A DNA stretch of 64,000 nt from Thermodesulfobacteriota bacterium (GTDB lineage: Bacteria; Desulfobacterota_D; UBA1144; Nemesobacterales; Nemesobacteraceae), in NCBI GenBank assembly GCA_965204665.1, contig OZ242002.1, forward strand, positions 1,285,865-1,349,864. The letters run 5' to 3'. Every line of letters starts with the position of its first letter. Within the stretch, counting starts at the first letter, position 1. Of this stretch, positions 10,501 through 19,176 are shown piece by piece. The notes beneath the pieces are model-generated. The model had not been told where the DNA came from and did no database searches. It worked only from the letters and a program-made list of their open reading frames with translations. A program made the position numbers and the translations under genes.

Positions 10501-10738
10501 TTTCTTCAAGGGCGCATCGAAGGAGTTTGTATATGTGCCGGGCTAATATCTCGGGACGGACGGTTCTGTCGGTCGAACGGACATCCACCCACCAGCCCTG
10601 CGTTTTTCGGGCATTGATTTCCGCCTCCAGAGCAGAGGTGATCAACTCTTCGTAAAGTCCAGAATGAATCAGACGTGTCATAACTGACCTGAACGGAGGA
10701 GAACAAGCGGCAACATCTGCACCGCTATCAAATTTCAA
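7556..10738 (-). CDS. PLD-like (HKD) nuclease / SF2 DEAH-type helicase / C-terminal DUF3427-like fusion protein (COG3886+COG1061 architecture)
   Basis: HKD motif RLHAKAWMF...YIGSSNLT. Helicase motif I VVAATGTGKT, motif II VIVDEFHH, motif III TATP and motif VI QQLGRGLR. A long C-terminal region of ~330 aa follows. Confidence 0.8.
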   Translation of the reverse strand: MKFDSGADVAACSPPFRSVMTRLIHSGLYEELITSALEAEINARKTQGWWVDVRSTDRTVRPEILARHIYKLLRCALEEIPGNENTQSTEQIALVNRLVEVLFKHGVTTDNQVTDTVRIIAEVVKCLTPDDNPTPTARPALPLRRTGLLVNGRRDVQIASEIEREIPSADRIDLLCAFVRYSGLRLFQSELEKRVQEGTQIRVITSVYTGSTERRALDALINLGAQVKISFEVARTRLHAKAWMFHRRSGMHTAYIGSSNLTRTAQVEGLEWNMRVSAVENPEVIERFKTTFEQYWHEPEFEDYEPERDADRVDQALSGQRPGDSPNEVNTRHLLVDVTPKPHQSTTLEALEAERMRGHRRNLVVAATGTGKTWIAAFDFKRLHNQGLDSLLFVAHREEILRQSRRVFKLVLGKPEFGELLVGGEHPQVGRHVFASIQSLSKCIDDIDPDGFAVVIVDEFHHAAAKSYKRLLSRLKPEVLLGLTATPERSDGQSVLEWFDGRIASESRLWDALDQGLLCPFHYFGVNSATDLSTVGFERGRYITNELDNLLTGDHVRSMRVCRAIEEWVTDPHRMRALGFCAGVHHAHFMASEFIRFGYPARALDSKTPQDDRRNALEDLRQGKLRAIFTVDLFNEGVDIPEVDTVLMLRPTESATVFLQQLGRGLRWAEGKQVLTVLDFVDQVRREYRYDVRYRVLLGGTRHQVLRSLENDFPLLPPGCAFKLDRISKNTVLRNLKKAVHNSRARLIDDLRALGPSAGLRAFIRDADAALEDIYARPSSGHCFTELRKRAGFDLNTGLSTDNPVLKTFGRLVHIDDNERIEAWRDILETSRSDRISRLQGRKHRLGLMLFAILGSRGQSIEEADQTLEKICESSELHREILDLLEILADRIRTVPEPIDPKGDIPLASHATYTLGEIMAAYRHTDRRNAIALPQGGVLWNKKTQTDLLFITLEKSDQDFSPSTRYNDYPISPTLFHWESQNTTSPDTPTGLRYVEQGNTNVILFVRERKKGSGGGTLPYHCLGHARYRSHESEHPMKILWELKRPMPGWLYQAAKTAAG

Positions 10739-10868
10739 TTGTCCTCTCAGTTCTAAACCATACCGAGTGTACGTAATTTTACGCGGAATTCACAACATAA
10801 TATTGGTGAATTAGCAGTATGCGGAGTAGCTGGGTGCGGAAAAAACAGTTCGGTTTGAAAAAAACTGC

Positions 10869-10898
10869 TTGACAACATGCGGTGAGGTTTGATTAAAT
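10869..10898 (+). promoter_or_regulatory. putative sigma70 promoter for the ADC-like operon (TTGACA, 17-18 nt spacer, TTAAAT)
   Basis: Read in the divergent intergenic region; followed by a ~160-nt GC-rich structured leader. Confidence 0.35.
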
Positions 10899-11061
10899 AA
10901 ATAACGGGTGAGGTCGCCCCCGCGGCGACCGTCGGATTGTGAGGCTTGATCACGTATACAGAGGGGAGAGGGTTAGGGAGACGGGGGTTGAGGTTCTGGA
11001 GTGTGCGGGTTCCGGATTACTTGCGGTCCGGCCTGAAATCTAATTGTAAGGAGGCTGCAAT

Positions 11062-12042
11062 ATGAGCCATAGTCATTTAAACGTCCCGTTGAAGTACTGG
11101 GAGTTGACGAAAGAGGTCCCGCCCCCTCCGATAGAGCGGGATATAAAGTCGTGGATCATAGCGAATCCGTCGGATCCGCTGTGGGACATAGATGTGCTGC
11201 CGTTGACGTATACGGACAGCAGGTGGTCGGCGTTCGTGGTGAGGTGCGACGAGGCGACGAGGAGTCGTCTGTGCCCGAATCCTCCGTTGGAGGTGTGGGA
11301 CGGGGAGAATGCCGATCTGGTGGAGTTCTGGTATGTGGATCATAAGAACACGATGCTGGGTCCGTATCTCGAGTTCGGAGTGACGATATCGGCGACATAC
11401 AAGGATCCTCAGGGCAATGTGTGGAAGGCGGGGTACTATCCGTATATGTATCTGACGGGTGATGCGCCGGTGGATGCTGGCAGGGTGCTTGGATTTCCGA
11501 AGAAGATGTCGTACATCAGATGTACGGTGCACGGCGGGGAGAAGGGGACGGACTTTTTCGGATTTGCGATGAGTCGTAACGGGTATCTGATGCACAGTGC
11601 GACGGGTCAGTTCGACGACAAGCAGGTTACGCCGCCGTTTTTCTACGGGAAGACGGATTGGGGCAAGTTCAACATGAAGGTTATAACGAGGCCCGACGTA
11701 TCGAGTTCGGAGTGGCAGTTGACGTATCTGCCGTCGGCGCTGCCGCCGCCGTTCGACACGATGATACAGGGGCACAGGTTCAAGATAAAGCCCGAGCACA
11801 CGAGGACTGCGTCGGGGGATGCGGTGAACTGGTTCATGCAGGCTACGCCGTTCGACAACATGGGGGCCGAGTTGAAGATACAGGAGGTTACGGGATTGAT
11901 ATCGTTCGTGTTCGATCTTGTGATACCGCCTGCGCAGGTGCTGTGGACGGAGACGTATGAGAGGCCGGCCAGTTACAGGGGTTATGCGACGCCGTACAAG
12001 TACGGGTTGAGGCAGCAGTTCCCGATAAGTCAGGGGTCATAA
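11062..12042 (+). CDS. acetoacetate decarboxylase (ADC) family protein, paralogue 1
   Basis: Shares the ADC signature with Clostridium ADC (VVPEP-like region, GNVWKAGYYPYMYLTGD, GFPKK). The Schiff-base lysine position is conserved. Confidence 0.75.
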   Translation: MSHSHLNVPLKYWELTKEVPPPPIERDIKSWIIANPSDPLWDIDVLPLTYTDSRWSAFVVRCDEATRSRLCPNPPLEVWDGENADLVEFWYVDHKNTMLGPYLEFGVTISATYKDPQGNVWKAGYYPYMYLTGDAPVDAGRVLGFPKKMSYIRCTVHGGEKGTDFFGFAMSRNGYLMHSATGQFDDKQVTPPFFYGKTDWGKFNMKVITRPDVSSSEWQLTYLPSALPPPFDTMIQGHRFKIKPEHTRTASGDAVNWFMQATPFDNMGAELKIQEVTGLISFVFDLVIPPAQVLWTETYERPASYRGYATPYKYGLRQQFPISQGS

Positions 12043-12074
12043 AAAGAAAGGAATTTTCAAGGAGGTAAGAAATA

Positions 12075-13046
12075 ATGGGATTACAAGCGAATGAGTACAG
12101 TTATCCGTGGTTGGACGAGGGAGAGGTGCCGCCGCTGCCGTTGGACAGGGACAGGATACACATAATAAGTCAGGGAGTGGCGGATCCCGTGTTCGACTAC
12201 GACATCGTACCGTTGACGTATACGGAGAGCAGATGGATGGCCTATGTGATAAGGGCTGACATCAATGCGATGAAGGCGGTGGTGCCGGAGCCGATAGAGG
12301 TTACGGATGACGTGATAGAGTTCTGGTACGTGATACATAAGAACACTATGCTGGGACCGTACATGGAGATGGGAGTGACGTTTTCCGCTACAGTGGATTC
12401 GGGGGACGGGCAGATATACAAGGCGGGGTACTATCCGTATATGTATCTGTCGAACGATTCGCCGATATTCGCGGGTAAGGAGCCGTTCGGGTTTCCGAAG
12501 AAGGCTGCGTACATAGCGGGATTCGAGCACGGAACCAACAACAATTATTTCAATCATCTGATGGAGCGCAGGGGATACATACTGCATACGGCGAACGGGC
12601 GTTATTCGGACAAGCCTTTGTCCGCGAGGCCGACGTTTTACGGCAAGACGGACTGGGGCAGGATGAATTACAGGATAACGACGAGGCCCGACGTATCGAA
12701 CAGCATCCACGAGGTGACGTATCTTCCGTCGGATCTTCCGCCGGGATTCGGGACGGGTCACAGGTTCCAGTTGAATCCCGAGAGTGTGAGGACGGCGGTG
12801 GGGGAGGATGTGCGTTCGTGGTATATGTCTGGGACGCCGTTCGACTATATGGGAGGTCAGATACCTGCGACGGAAGTTGTAGGGCTGATAAGTTTTACAT
12901 TCAATCTGATAATACCGCCTGCGTTGACGATCTGGAGCAGGACGGTGGAGAGGAGTACGGACGACATGAGTCATGTTGTGTATTCCACGCCGTTCGAGTA
13001 TACGATGCGTCACAGGTTCCTGCTGCCGCAGTACAGCCAGGGATAA
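12075..13046 (+). CDS. acetoacetate decarboxylase (ADC) family protein, paralogue 2
   Basis: AMKAVVPEPIEV, YKAGYYPYMYLSND and GFPKKAAY motifs; about 45-50% identical to paralogue 1; RBS AGGAGG. Confidence 0.75.
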   Translation: MGLQANEYSYPWLDEGEVPPLPLDRDRIHIISQGVADPVFDYDIVPLTYTESRWMAYVIRADINAMKAVVPEPIEVTDDVIEFWYVIHKNTMLGPYMEMGVTFSATVDSGDGQIYKAGYYPYMYLSNDSPIFAGKEPFGFPKKAAYIAGFEHGTNNNYFNHLMERRGYILHTANGRYSDKPLSARPTFYGKTDWGRMNYRITTRPDVSNSIHEVTYLPSDLPPGFGTGHRFQLNPESVRTAVGEDVRSWYMSGTPFDYMGGQIPATEVVGLISFTFNLIIPPALTIWSRTVERSTDDMSHVVYSTPFEYTMRHRFLLPQYSQG

Positions 13047-13089
13047 AGGCGTGAGGTCTGCAGCTCGGAGTTGCGGACACTGAAGAAAC

Positions 13090-13130
13090 GGAGAGGAGGG
13101 ATGCAGAAAGGTTCTCCCTCCTCTTTTTTT
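13090..13130 (+). terminator. rho-independent terminator after the ADC pair
   Basis: GGAGAGGAGGGA...TCCCTCCTC followed by TTTTTTT. Confidence 0.7.
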
Positions 13131-13222
13131 GTAGAACGGGATTTAAACAGGGGGGGTGCTGTGCTACAAGATTTTTTGGTTATATCGCTACTATTCGAAG
13201 AAGTTTTATTCGTAAGTTCTAT

Positions 13223-14719
13223 TTAAAATTGACCTGCTTGTTCGCCAAGCGGTGTAATCTCCGATTGTCCACGCGGAACAGTCTCGTAATCACATCCCAA
13301 AGCCCTGGCAAGTGATCCTAGTCGTCGCCTGACGGTTTCACAGTGAGGCAGCTGATCCGGCATATGAAGAACCATCTTTCCCGGCAAATACTCAACCTTA
13401 GTGTTTTCAAGAATTCGCGCGACACCGCCGGAAACTGTGTACGCGAGACGAAGAGCAAGCCCGATAACCTTGGATCTCGCAATACCGTCCTTATCAAGAA
13501 GACCGGTCTCCTCCCAGCGGCGGACAAGATCTGCAACCGCAGCATGACGCGATGCTACGGAGAGTGCAATCTTTATCCTCTCGGAATGACCGATACCCAC
13601 AAGAGGCATCCTAGATATCCTTAGAAACACTTGCTCCGCTCTGTACTCGGGATGCTCTGAAATACCTATATCGGAAAGATGACAGATGGCAAGCATAAGC
13701 CTCGGGTTTGCGGTGCTTATATCAGGGAGAACTGCAGAAATCCAGCGGTAAAGAGCCTCTCCGGACTCACTTGTTCTTCCCGCCCGACGCACAACCTCCT
13801 CACACATAACTACAAGCGGGTCGAGTCTGCGCTGTTCCACCGAGAGATCACCATGTATGCATCCTTCCCTCAGTCCGTAAGTGGAAAAGACAACCTGACT
13901 TACTGCAGTCTTTCGAATTATGCTTTCCATAACCGCCGCGGCGTAAGGAGCATGCTCAGATCTTGCTCGACCGAAAATCTCAAACGCTTTCGCCGAATCC
14001 GGCGGGATTTCTGAAACATCGGAAAGCATCTCAATTGCTTCCTCGCTGGATAGACTGTAAGCGTGAACTATACGAAGCGGGTAGTCTTCAGTCTCCATAT
14101 GGTTTTTAGCGAGAGACCGCCATGAGCCGCCGACTGCGTAAAAAGTTTTGCCGGCGGCCTTTTCCAGCCAGGAGATTTCGTCAAGCAACGGGGATGCGAG
14201 TTTTCTTTGAGCCTTTTGCGGATTAAATCCGCTTTCAGAAAGAGCAATAGTACCAAGAGGAAGAGTTACAAGGTTTTCTATCCTTCCCCCGTGGACCTCG
14301 ACAAGTTCAAGACTTCCTCCTCCCAGGTCTCCCACTATACCGTCCGCATACGGGATTGAGTACAGCACACCATTTGCGGAGAGCCTCGCTTCCTCTTCAC
14401 CTGTGAGCACCCGAAGCGGAATTCCGCACTCATTCTCAACTGCCTTCTTGAACTCTTCGCCGTTCAGAGCCGCTCTGACTGCAGCTGTTGCAACAGCCTT
14501 TATACTGGAAACCTTCATTGAGTGCGCAATATCTACAAAACGACTTATGGTTCGCATAGCAAGGTCGACGCTTTGCGGCGACATCGTTCCACGGGAATCC
14601 ATCCCTCTTCCCAGTCCGCATTGAACTTTTTCATCAAGCACTGGAAGAGGAGCCCGACGCGGACCTTTATAGACCACAAGACGGATGGAGTTTGAGCCCA
14701 CATCGATCACGGCTGTCAT
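13223..14719 (-). CDS. ppx: exopolyphosphatase / guanosine pentaphosphate phosphohydrolase (Ppx/GppA family)
   Basis: AVIDVGSNSIRLVVY and DLGGGSLEL motifs of the Ppx/GppA ASKHA fold. The start is probably the internal Met at 14719. Confidence 0.85.
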   Translation of the reverse strand: MTAVIDVGSNSIRLVVYKGPRRAPLPVLDEKVQCGLGRGMDSRGTMSPQSVDLAMRTISRFVDIAHSMKVSSIKAVATAAVRAALNGEEFKKAVENECGIPLRVLTGEEEARLSANGVLYSIPYADGIVGDLGGGSLELVEVHGGRIENLVTLPLGTIALSESGFNPQKAQRKLASPLLDEISWLEKAAGKTFYAVGGSWRSLAKNHMETEDYPLRIVHAYSLSSEEAIEMLSDVSEIPPDSAKAFEIFGRARSEHAPYAAAVMESIIRKTAVSQVVFSTYGLREGCIHGDLSVEQRRLDPLVVMCEEVVRRAGRTSESGEALYRWISAVLPDISTANPRLMLAICHLSDIGISEHPEYRAEQVFLRISRMPLVGIGHSERIKIALSVASRHAAVADLVRRWEETGLLDKDGIARSKVIGLALRLAYTVSGGVARILENTKVEYLPGKMVLHMPDQLPHCETVRRRLGSLARALGCDYETVPRGQSEITPLGEQAGQF

Positions 14720-14765
14720 GTCGTGCGACGGGGGAGAATTCCGAGAGAGAATGGTGCTCATGAAT

Positions 14766-16925
14766 TTATTTCCGGACAAGTTCGGCCGGCATCATCGGCC
14801 TTGATTCGGCAATAGCTTTCCCTCTCCCCGAGAGGCTGGGGTTGGTCATAAAATACTCGTGGGCTGAGAAACCCCCGGAGCCGTTTTGAAGTTTGGTAAA
14901 TGAACCGTCAGGCTGCATTTCCCAACTTCCCGCCACATCGTTGAGGTTGGCGACCATCACCTGCTCGACAATATGCTTTTTAACTGTGGCGTTTTCTATA
15001 GGGATAAAGGATTCAACCCTGCGGTTAAGATTGCGCGGCATCCAGTCGGCGGAGGATATAAACACCCTGCATCCTTCGGAAGGGAGTCCTTGTCCCGCTC
15101 CAAAGCATACGACCCTGCTGTGCTCGAGAAAACGTCCGACCATGCTCTTCATCCGTATATTTTCTGAAAGATCCGCTACCCCCGGCCGCAGGCAACATAT
15201 GCCTCTCACAAAAAGTTCAATTCGTACTCCCGCACAACTTGCGCAATAAAGAGCGTCTATGATTTCTCTGTCCACAAGAGCGTTCATCTTGGCCCATATA
15301 ACGGCCGGAAGTCCATTTTCCGCATGGGAGATCTCCTGATTTATAAGTTCGAGAATACAGGGCCTCAGAGTTTCGGGAGAATAGAAAATCTTCTCCATTT
15401 TCTCCGGAGTCGCATAGCCTGTCATGTAGTTAAAAAGCTTTGCCGCATCGCGGCCCAGAGCGTCATCCGAGGTGAAGTAACTGAGATCTGTATAAATCTT
15501 CGCGGTAATCGGATGGTAATTTCCAGTGCCGAAATGCGTGTAGGTGCGGGTATCGCCACCCTCTCTTCTTACGACAAGAGAAACCTTGGCATGGGTTTTA
15601 AGTTCAATGAATCCGTAAACCACTTGGACCCCTGCGTTTTCAAGATCCCGCGCCCAACGTATATTCGCTTCCTCATCGAAACGCGCCTTAAGTTCTACAA
15701 GCGCCGTGACCGATTTCCCGGCTTCCGCCGCCTCTATAAGCGTCTTCACTATCGGGGAATCATCCGATGTGCGATAAAGGGTCTGTTTTATGGCGACAAC
15801 TGCGGCATCTTGTGCCGCCTGCTTGAGAAATTCCACTACCACATCAAAACTCTCGTACGGATGATGGACGACGAAATCCTTCTGCCTTATTGCGGCGATT
15901 ACGTCGCCGCCGAACTCCCTCACTCTTTCCGGGTAGCGTATTTTCATCCGCCTGTAAAGAAGGTCGCTTCTTTCGCCGAGTACTATCTCGCTTATATTTC
16001 TAAGTCCCAACATCCCTTCTATTCTGAAAAAATGAGCGTAATCGGCGTTAACCTGAGTCATTATGAAATTGACCAAGTCCTCAGGCATATCGGTGTCCAC
16101 ATCCACCCTGATGATATAACCTCCCCTGCGCTGTTTAAGCGCGGTCTCGAAAGTCTTGACCAGATCTTCCGCTTCCTCATCTATTTCAATCTGACTGTCC
16201 TTGGTTATCTGAAAAATTCCGTGAGATTCCACTTCAAAACCTGGAAATAGAGAACCCATGTGATGCGCGATCGCTTTTTCAATAGGAATAAACTGGGTGT
16301 TTTCCCCGGGAATTCTGACAAAACGATTAACCTGCGGCGGGAGCAGGATAAGACCTTTCATTTGTTTTTCATCCTCAGCCCTATTAAGAGTTACTGCGTA
16401 CACGAGGCTTCCGTTATGTATGAAGGGAAACGGATGAGCCGGGTCTATGGCAAGCGGGGTCAGAACGGGAAAAAGTTGTGTGGAGAACCACGATGAAAGC
16501 CATCGGGAATCCATAGAGTTGAGTTTCTCCGGGTCAACTATGCTTATACCCGTGTTTTGACACAGAGAAAGCAGTTTTTTTTCGCATTCGTACTGCCGGT
16601 CAATCAGGGATTTGACCTTTTCCCTTATGGCTTTAAGTTGCTCGGATGGAGTAAGTCCATCAATGCTTCTGTCCGTGACTCCCGCCATTACCTGCCCCAC
16701 AAGGCCCGCAACGCGCACCATGTAGAACTCATCAAGATTGCTTGCGGAAATGGAAAGAAACCTGACTCTTTCAAGAAGAGGAATTTCCTGGTTCGAGGCC
16801 GTTTCGAGAACCCTGAGATTAAAATCCAGCCATGAAAGTTCTCTGTTGAGAAATCTCTTAGGCAGATCAGGTAAAGAATTCTCGCCCGCAATCCCGAGTG
16901 CGGAATCTGTAGAAAAAAAAGACAT
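14766..16925 (-). CDS. ppk: polyphosphate kinase 1
   Basis: 719 aa with the PPK1 N-terminal, head and two PLD-like C-terminal domains (RFLSISASNLDEFYMVRVAGL; HAKVSLVVRRE). Confidence 0.9.
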   Translation of the reverse strand: MSFFSTDSALGIAGENSLPDLPKRFLNRELSWLDFNLRVLETASNQEIPLLERVRFLSISASNLDEFYMVRVAGLVGQVMAGVTDRSIDGLTPSEQLKAIREKVKSLIDRQYECEKKLLSLCQNTGISIVDPEKLNSMDSRWLSSWFSTQLFPVLTPLAIDPAHPFPFIHNGSLVYAVTLNRAEDEKQMKGLILLPPQVNRFVRIPGENTQFIPIEKAIAHHMGSLFPGFEVESHGIFQITKDSQIEIDEEAEDLVKTFETALKQRRGGYIIRVDVDTDMPEDLVNFIMTQVNADYAHFFRIEGMLGLRNISEIVLGERSDLLYRRMKIRYPERVREFGGDVIAAIRQKDFVVHHPYESFDVVVEFLKQAAQDAAVVAIKQTLYRTSDDSPIVKTLIEAAEAGKSVTALVELKARFDEEANIRWARDLENAGVQVVYGFIELKTHAKVSLVVRREGGDTRTYTHFGTGNYHPITAKIYTDLSYFTSDDALGRDAAKLFNYMTGYATPEKMEKIFYSPETLRPCILELINQEISHAENGLPAVIWAKMNALVDREIIDALYCASCAGVRIELFVRGICCLRPGVADLSENIRMKSMVGRFLEHSRVVCFGAGQGLPSEGCRVFISSADWMPRNLNRRVESFIPIENATVKKHIVEQVMVANLNDVAGSWEMQPDGSFTKLQNGSGGFSAHEYFMTNPSLSGRGKAIAESRPMMPAELVRK

Positions 16926-17025
16926 TACTAACCGCCGCTCTTAATTATACCGTATCGGGAGAAATCAGTCTGCTCCGTCGAAATTGTTGTCGGTCACGGA
17001 AAAATACTTCCGAATTTGCCTGAAC

Positions 17026-18531
17026 TCAAATTTGCCAGAAAAGTTCGAACTTACGCAGGTCCCTCCACCTCGGTTGGGCGGGACCGAGACATTTCGTCAC
17101 TCTGGCCTGCGACCAGTCGTGAACAAGACGGACGGTGGAAGAATCAAGCACGCCCGGTTTTACAGTGGCGATTACCTGACGGGCGGCAGCGGCGTCATTG
17201 GCCTGTCCTAAACTATCTTGAAAATTCGACATGGATTTCATAAAAGGCCTTACTGTCTCCGACCCTTCCCACAGAGAGCCGAAGAACTGAGTTGCGTAAC
17301 GAGTTTTCTTTCCCCGCTTTCTCACCTCGTGAAGATCATCCCCAGTAAGACGGGAAAGAGGACGCGTATCTTCAAGAAAATAACGCCAAGTTCTGCAAAG
17401 CACATCCCGCGCAAACGGTTTTACCGGCCGGGAAAAAGAACCACATTCCGACAGAGAGGCTATCCATCGTCCGAATTGAAGCACAAGACGGGCATAGCGT
17501 CGGCTCGCAAGACACTCTTTCACATCTTTTATCGCTCTGCGGCGGTGTCTGCGCGCTGTGCTGCGCAGACGCTCAATCATCCTGCCGTCTCCCCTGTGAA
17601 ACGACTCTATTCTGGGCAATGTTCCGCTTAGAAAAACTTCCCAGTCACGCGCGGGAGCGAGCTTCTGCTGAAACCATCTGAATTCTCCGTTGAATGCCTT
17701 GCGCTTATCATAGGGAAGTACTTTCTTAAACGCTCGCAGCGCAGAGCGCACCCGCCTCATCGCAACTCTCATTTGATGCACGCCTTCCGGTTTTCCCTCG
17801 AGCGCGGGGATTTCATTTGCGAACATATGACCAAGAGCGCCTGATATGATGGATTTAAACGCATCTCCGACGCTTGCGTTGTCAGCAAGAAGCACCCTGG
17901 GAGCTTTAATAGGTTTCGGGCGCAGTGAGGGCATCGCAATAGCGTAACCTCTTTGAGCCTTTGTTCTGTGGGACGGACGGATATCGCAAGTCTCGCAGAG
18001 TTGTAATGCCATATCGAACATCTGTGCCGGGTCTCCTGAGAGAAGTTCAAGTTCCGCCTCGCATATTGGTTCTTCTACATGACCCTTGCTGGTCTCCGCT
18101 CGAATAAACCCTCGGTCAACGGCAAGTTCAAACTCCGTTCCGCGGCTTCTTATCCGTACGGCCCGGCGCTCAAAGTCCGTGGTGAAAACAGGACGAAGAT
18201 TCTTCTGATAACGTCTGCGGGAAAAATAACGGCCGAGGTCGGGCACGGATTCGTTTGTGGAAACCGTCCACTCCCTGAAATTCTGAAGTCCCGCAGGTCC
18301 TTGAATCGGAACCTTTAAAGTCTGTTCCCGCAAAGTTCCGTTGTCCCGGACGCGAAGAGCTGCGCCTGATTTTCTCAACGCGTGACGAGGGGTATCAAAA
18401 TACGTACTCACGAGCCGACATTCTTTATAATGATGGATCTCTTCTCCTGATGACTGAAAACGCCTGCCGCGCAGAATTTTCCGCGCCGCCTGCGGCGACA
18501 GGGAAAGATTTAGTTCTGTTTCCTCATACAT
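17026..18531 (-). CDS. CYTH (triphosphate tunnel metalloenzyme) plus CHAD domain protein
   Basis: N-terminal acidic CYTH-like motif, ~300-aa helical Arg-rich C-terminal region, and adjacency to ppk-ppx. Confidence 0.65.
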   Translation of the reverse strand: MYEETELNLSLSPQAARKILRGRRFQSSGEEIHHYKECRLVSTYFDTPRHALRKSGAALRVRDNGTLREQTLKVPIQGPAGLQNFREWTVSTNESVPDLGRYFSRRRYQKNLRPVFTTDFERRAVRIRSRGTEFELAVDRGFIRAETSKGHVEEPICEAELELLSGDPAQMFDMALQLCETCDIRPSHRTKAQRGYAIAMPSLRPKPIKAPRVLLADNASVGDAFKSIISGALGHMFANEIPALEGKPEGVHQMRVAMRRVRSALRAFKKVLPYDKRKAFNGEFRWFQQKLAPARDWEVFLSGTLPRIESFHRGDGRMIERLRSTARRHRRRAIKDVKECLASRRYARLVLQFGRWIASLSECGSFSRPVKPFARDVLCRTWRYFLEDTRPLSRLTGDDLHEVRKRGKKTRYATQFFGSLWEGSETVRPFMKSMSNFQDSLGQANDAAAARQVIATVKPGVLDSSTVRLVHDWSQARVTKCLGPAQPRWRDLRKFELFWQI

Positions 18532-18639
18532 TCCAGACGGAACCGTCCGTTTTTACGTCAGTACCAACCTCAGATTATACTTGTTAGGAATCTTATCACA
18601 TCAACAGCCATCTGAGACTGTTCGACATCACGAAGTTTT

Positions 18640-18775
18640 TCCTCAGGAGTTAAGGCTGATACGGTTCGACTCCGCAGGGAAAGTGATGACGGATGTGAAA
18701 TTCAAAGACGGGATTGAGAAGATGAACGAAGAAAACGAAAAGGTGAATTCAGATAACCGGAACGCTGCTTGATAA
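18640..18775 (+). pseudogene. remnant of the C-terminus of an IS256-family transposase
   Basis: RFDSAGKVMTDVKFKDGIEKMNEENEKVNSDNRNAA closely matches the C-terminus of the intact transposase at 44999-46390; downstream flank is also related. Confidence 0.55.
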
Positions 18776-18863
18776 TGCAGACACTAAGAGTTGAGAACAA
18801 CTCCCGACCGACAACCGTAAAGCATCCATCAGAACAGCCGAATACTCCCTGGGTTTGGAGTGG

Positions 18864-19130
18864 TTACTGCTCTTTTGATTGAGAGGAGTCTTTCTGGTAC
18901 TTGCGGCGGAATTTCTCGACTCTGCCTTCTTTTTTGTAATGTTTTTCCTTTCCGGTGAAAAAAGGGTGGGAGTCGCTTGAGATTTCCACAGTTATCAATG
19001 GGTATTCATTTCCGTCTTCCCAGGTCGCTACCTCCTGAGATGTTCTTGTAGATCTCGTGAGGAACATGTGCCCGGTAAAAGAATCTTTGAAAATTACATA
19101 ATTGTAATCAGGATGAATGTCTTTTTTCAT
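18864..19130 (-). CDS. rpmE: 50S ribosomal protein L31 (type B)
   Basis: [10 protein letters not shown]...FLTRSTR signature. Confidence 0.85.
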   Translation of the reverse strand: MKKDIHPDYNYVIFKDSFTGHMFLTRSTRTSQEVATWEDGNEYPLITVEISSDSHPFFTGKEKHYKKEGRVEKFRRKYQKDSSQSKEQ

Positions 19131-19176
19131 TTTATCTGTCCGCCGAGTGTTTTTTGACCGTAAAACTGTATCCTGT

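Noticed and set aside
11077-13013. Long minus-strand ORFs (240 and 310 aa, plus shorter ones) antisense to the two ADC-like genes
   Set aside because: They are Arg/Pro-rich low-complexity translations, typical of open antisense frames in high-GC coding DNA. The plus-strand ORFs carry the clear ADC family signature.
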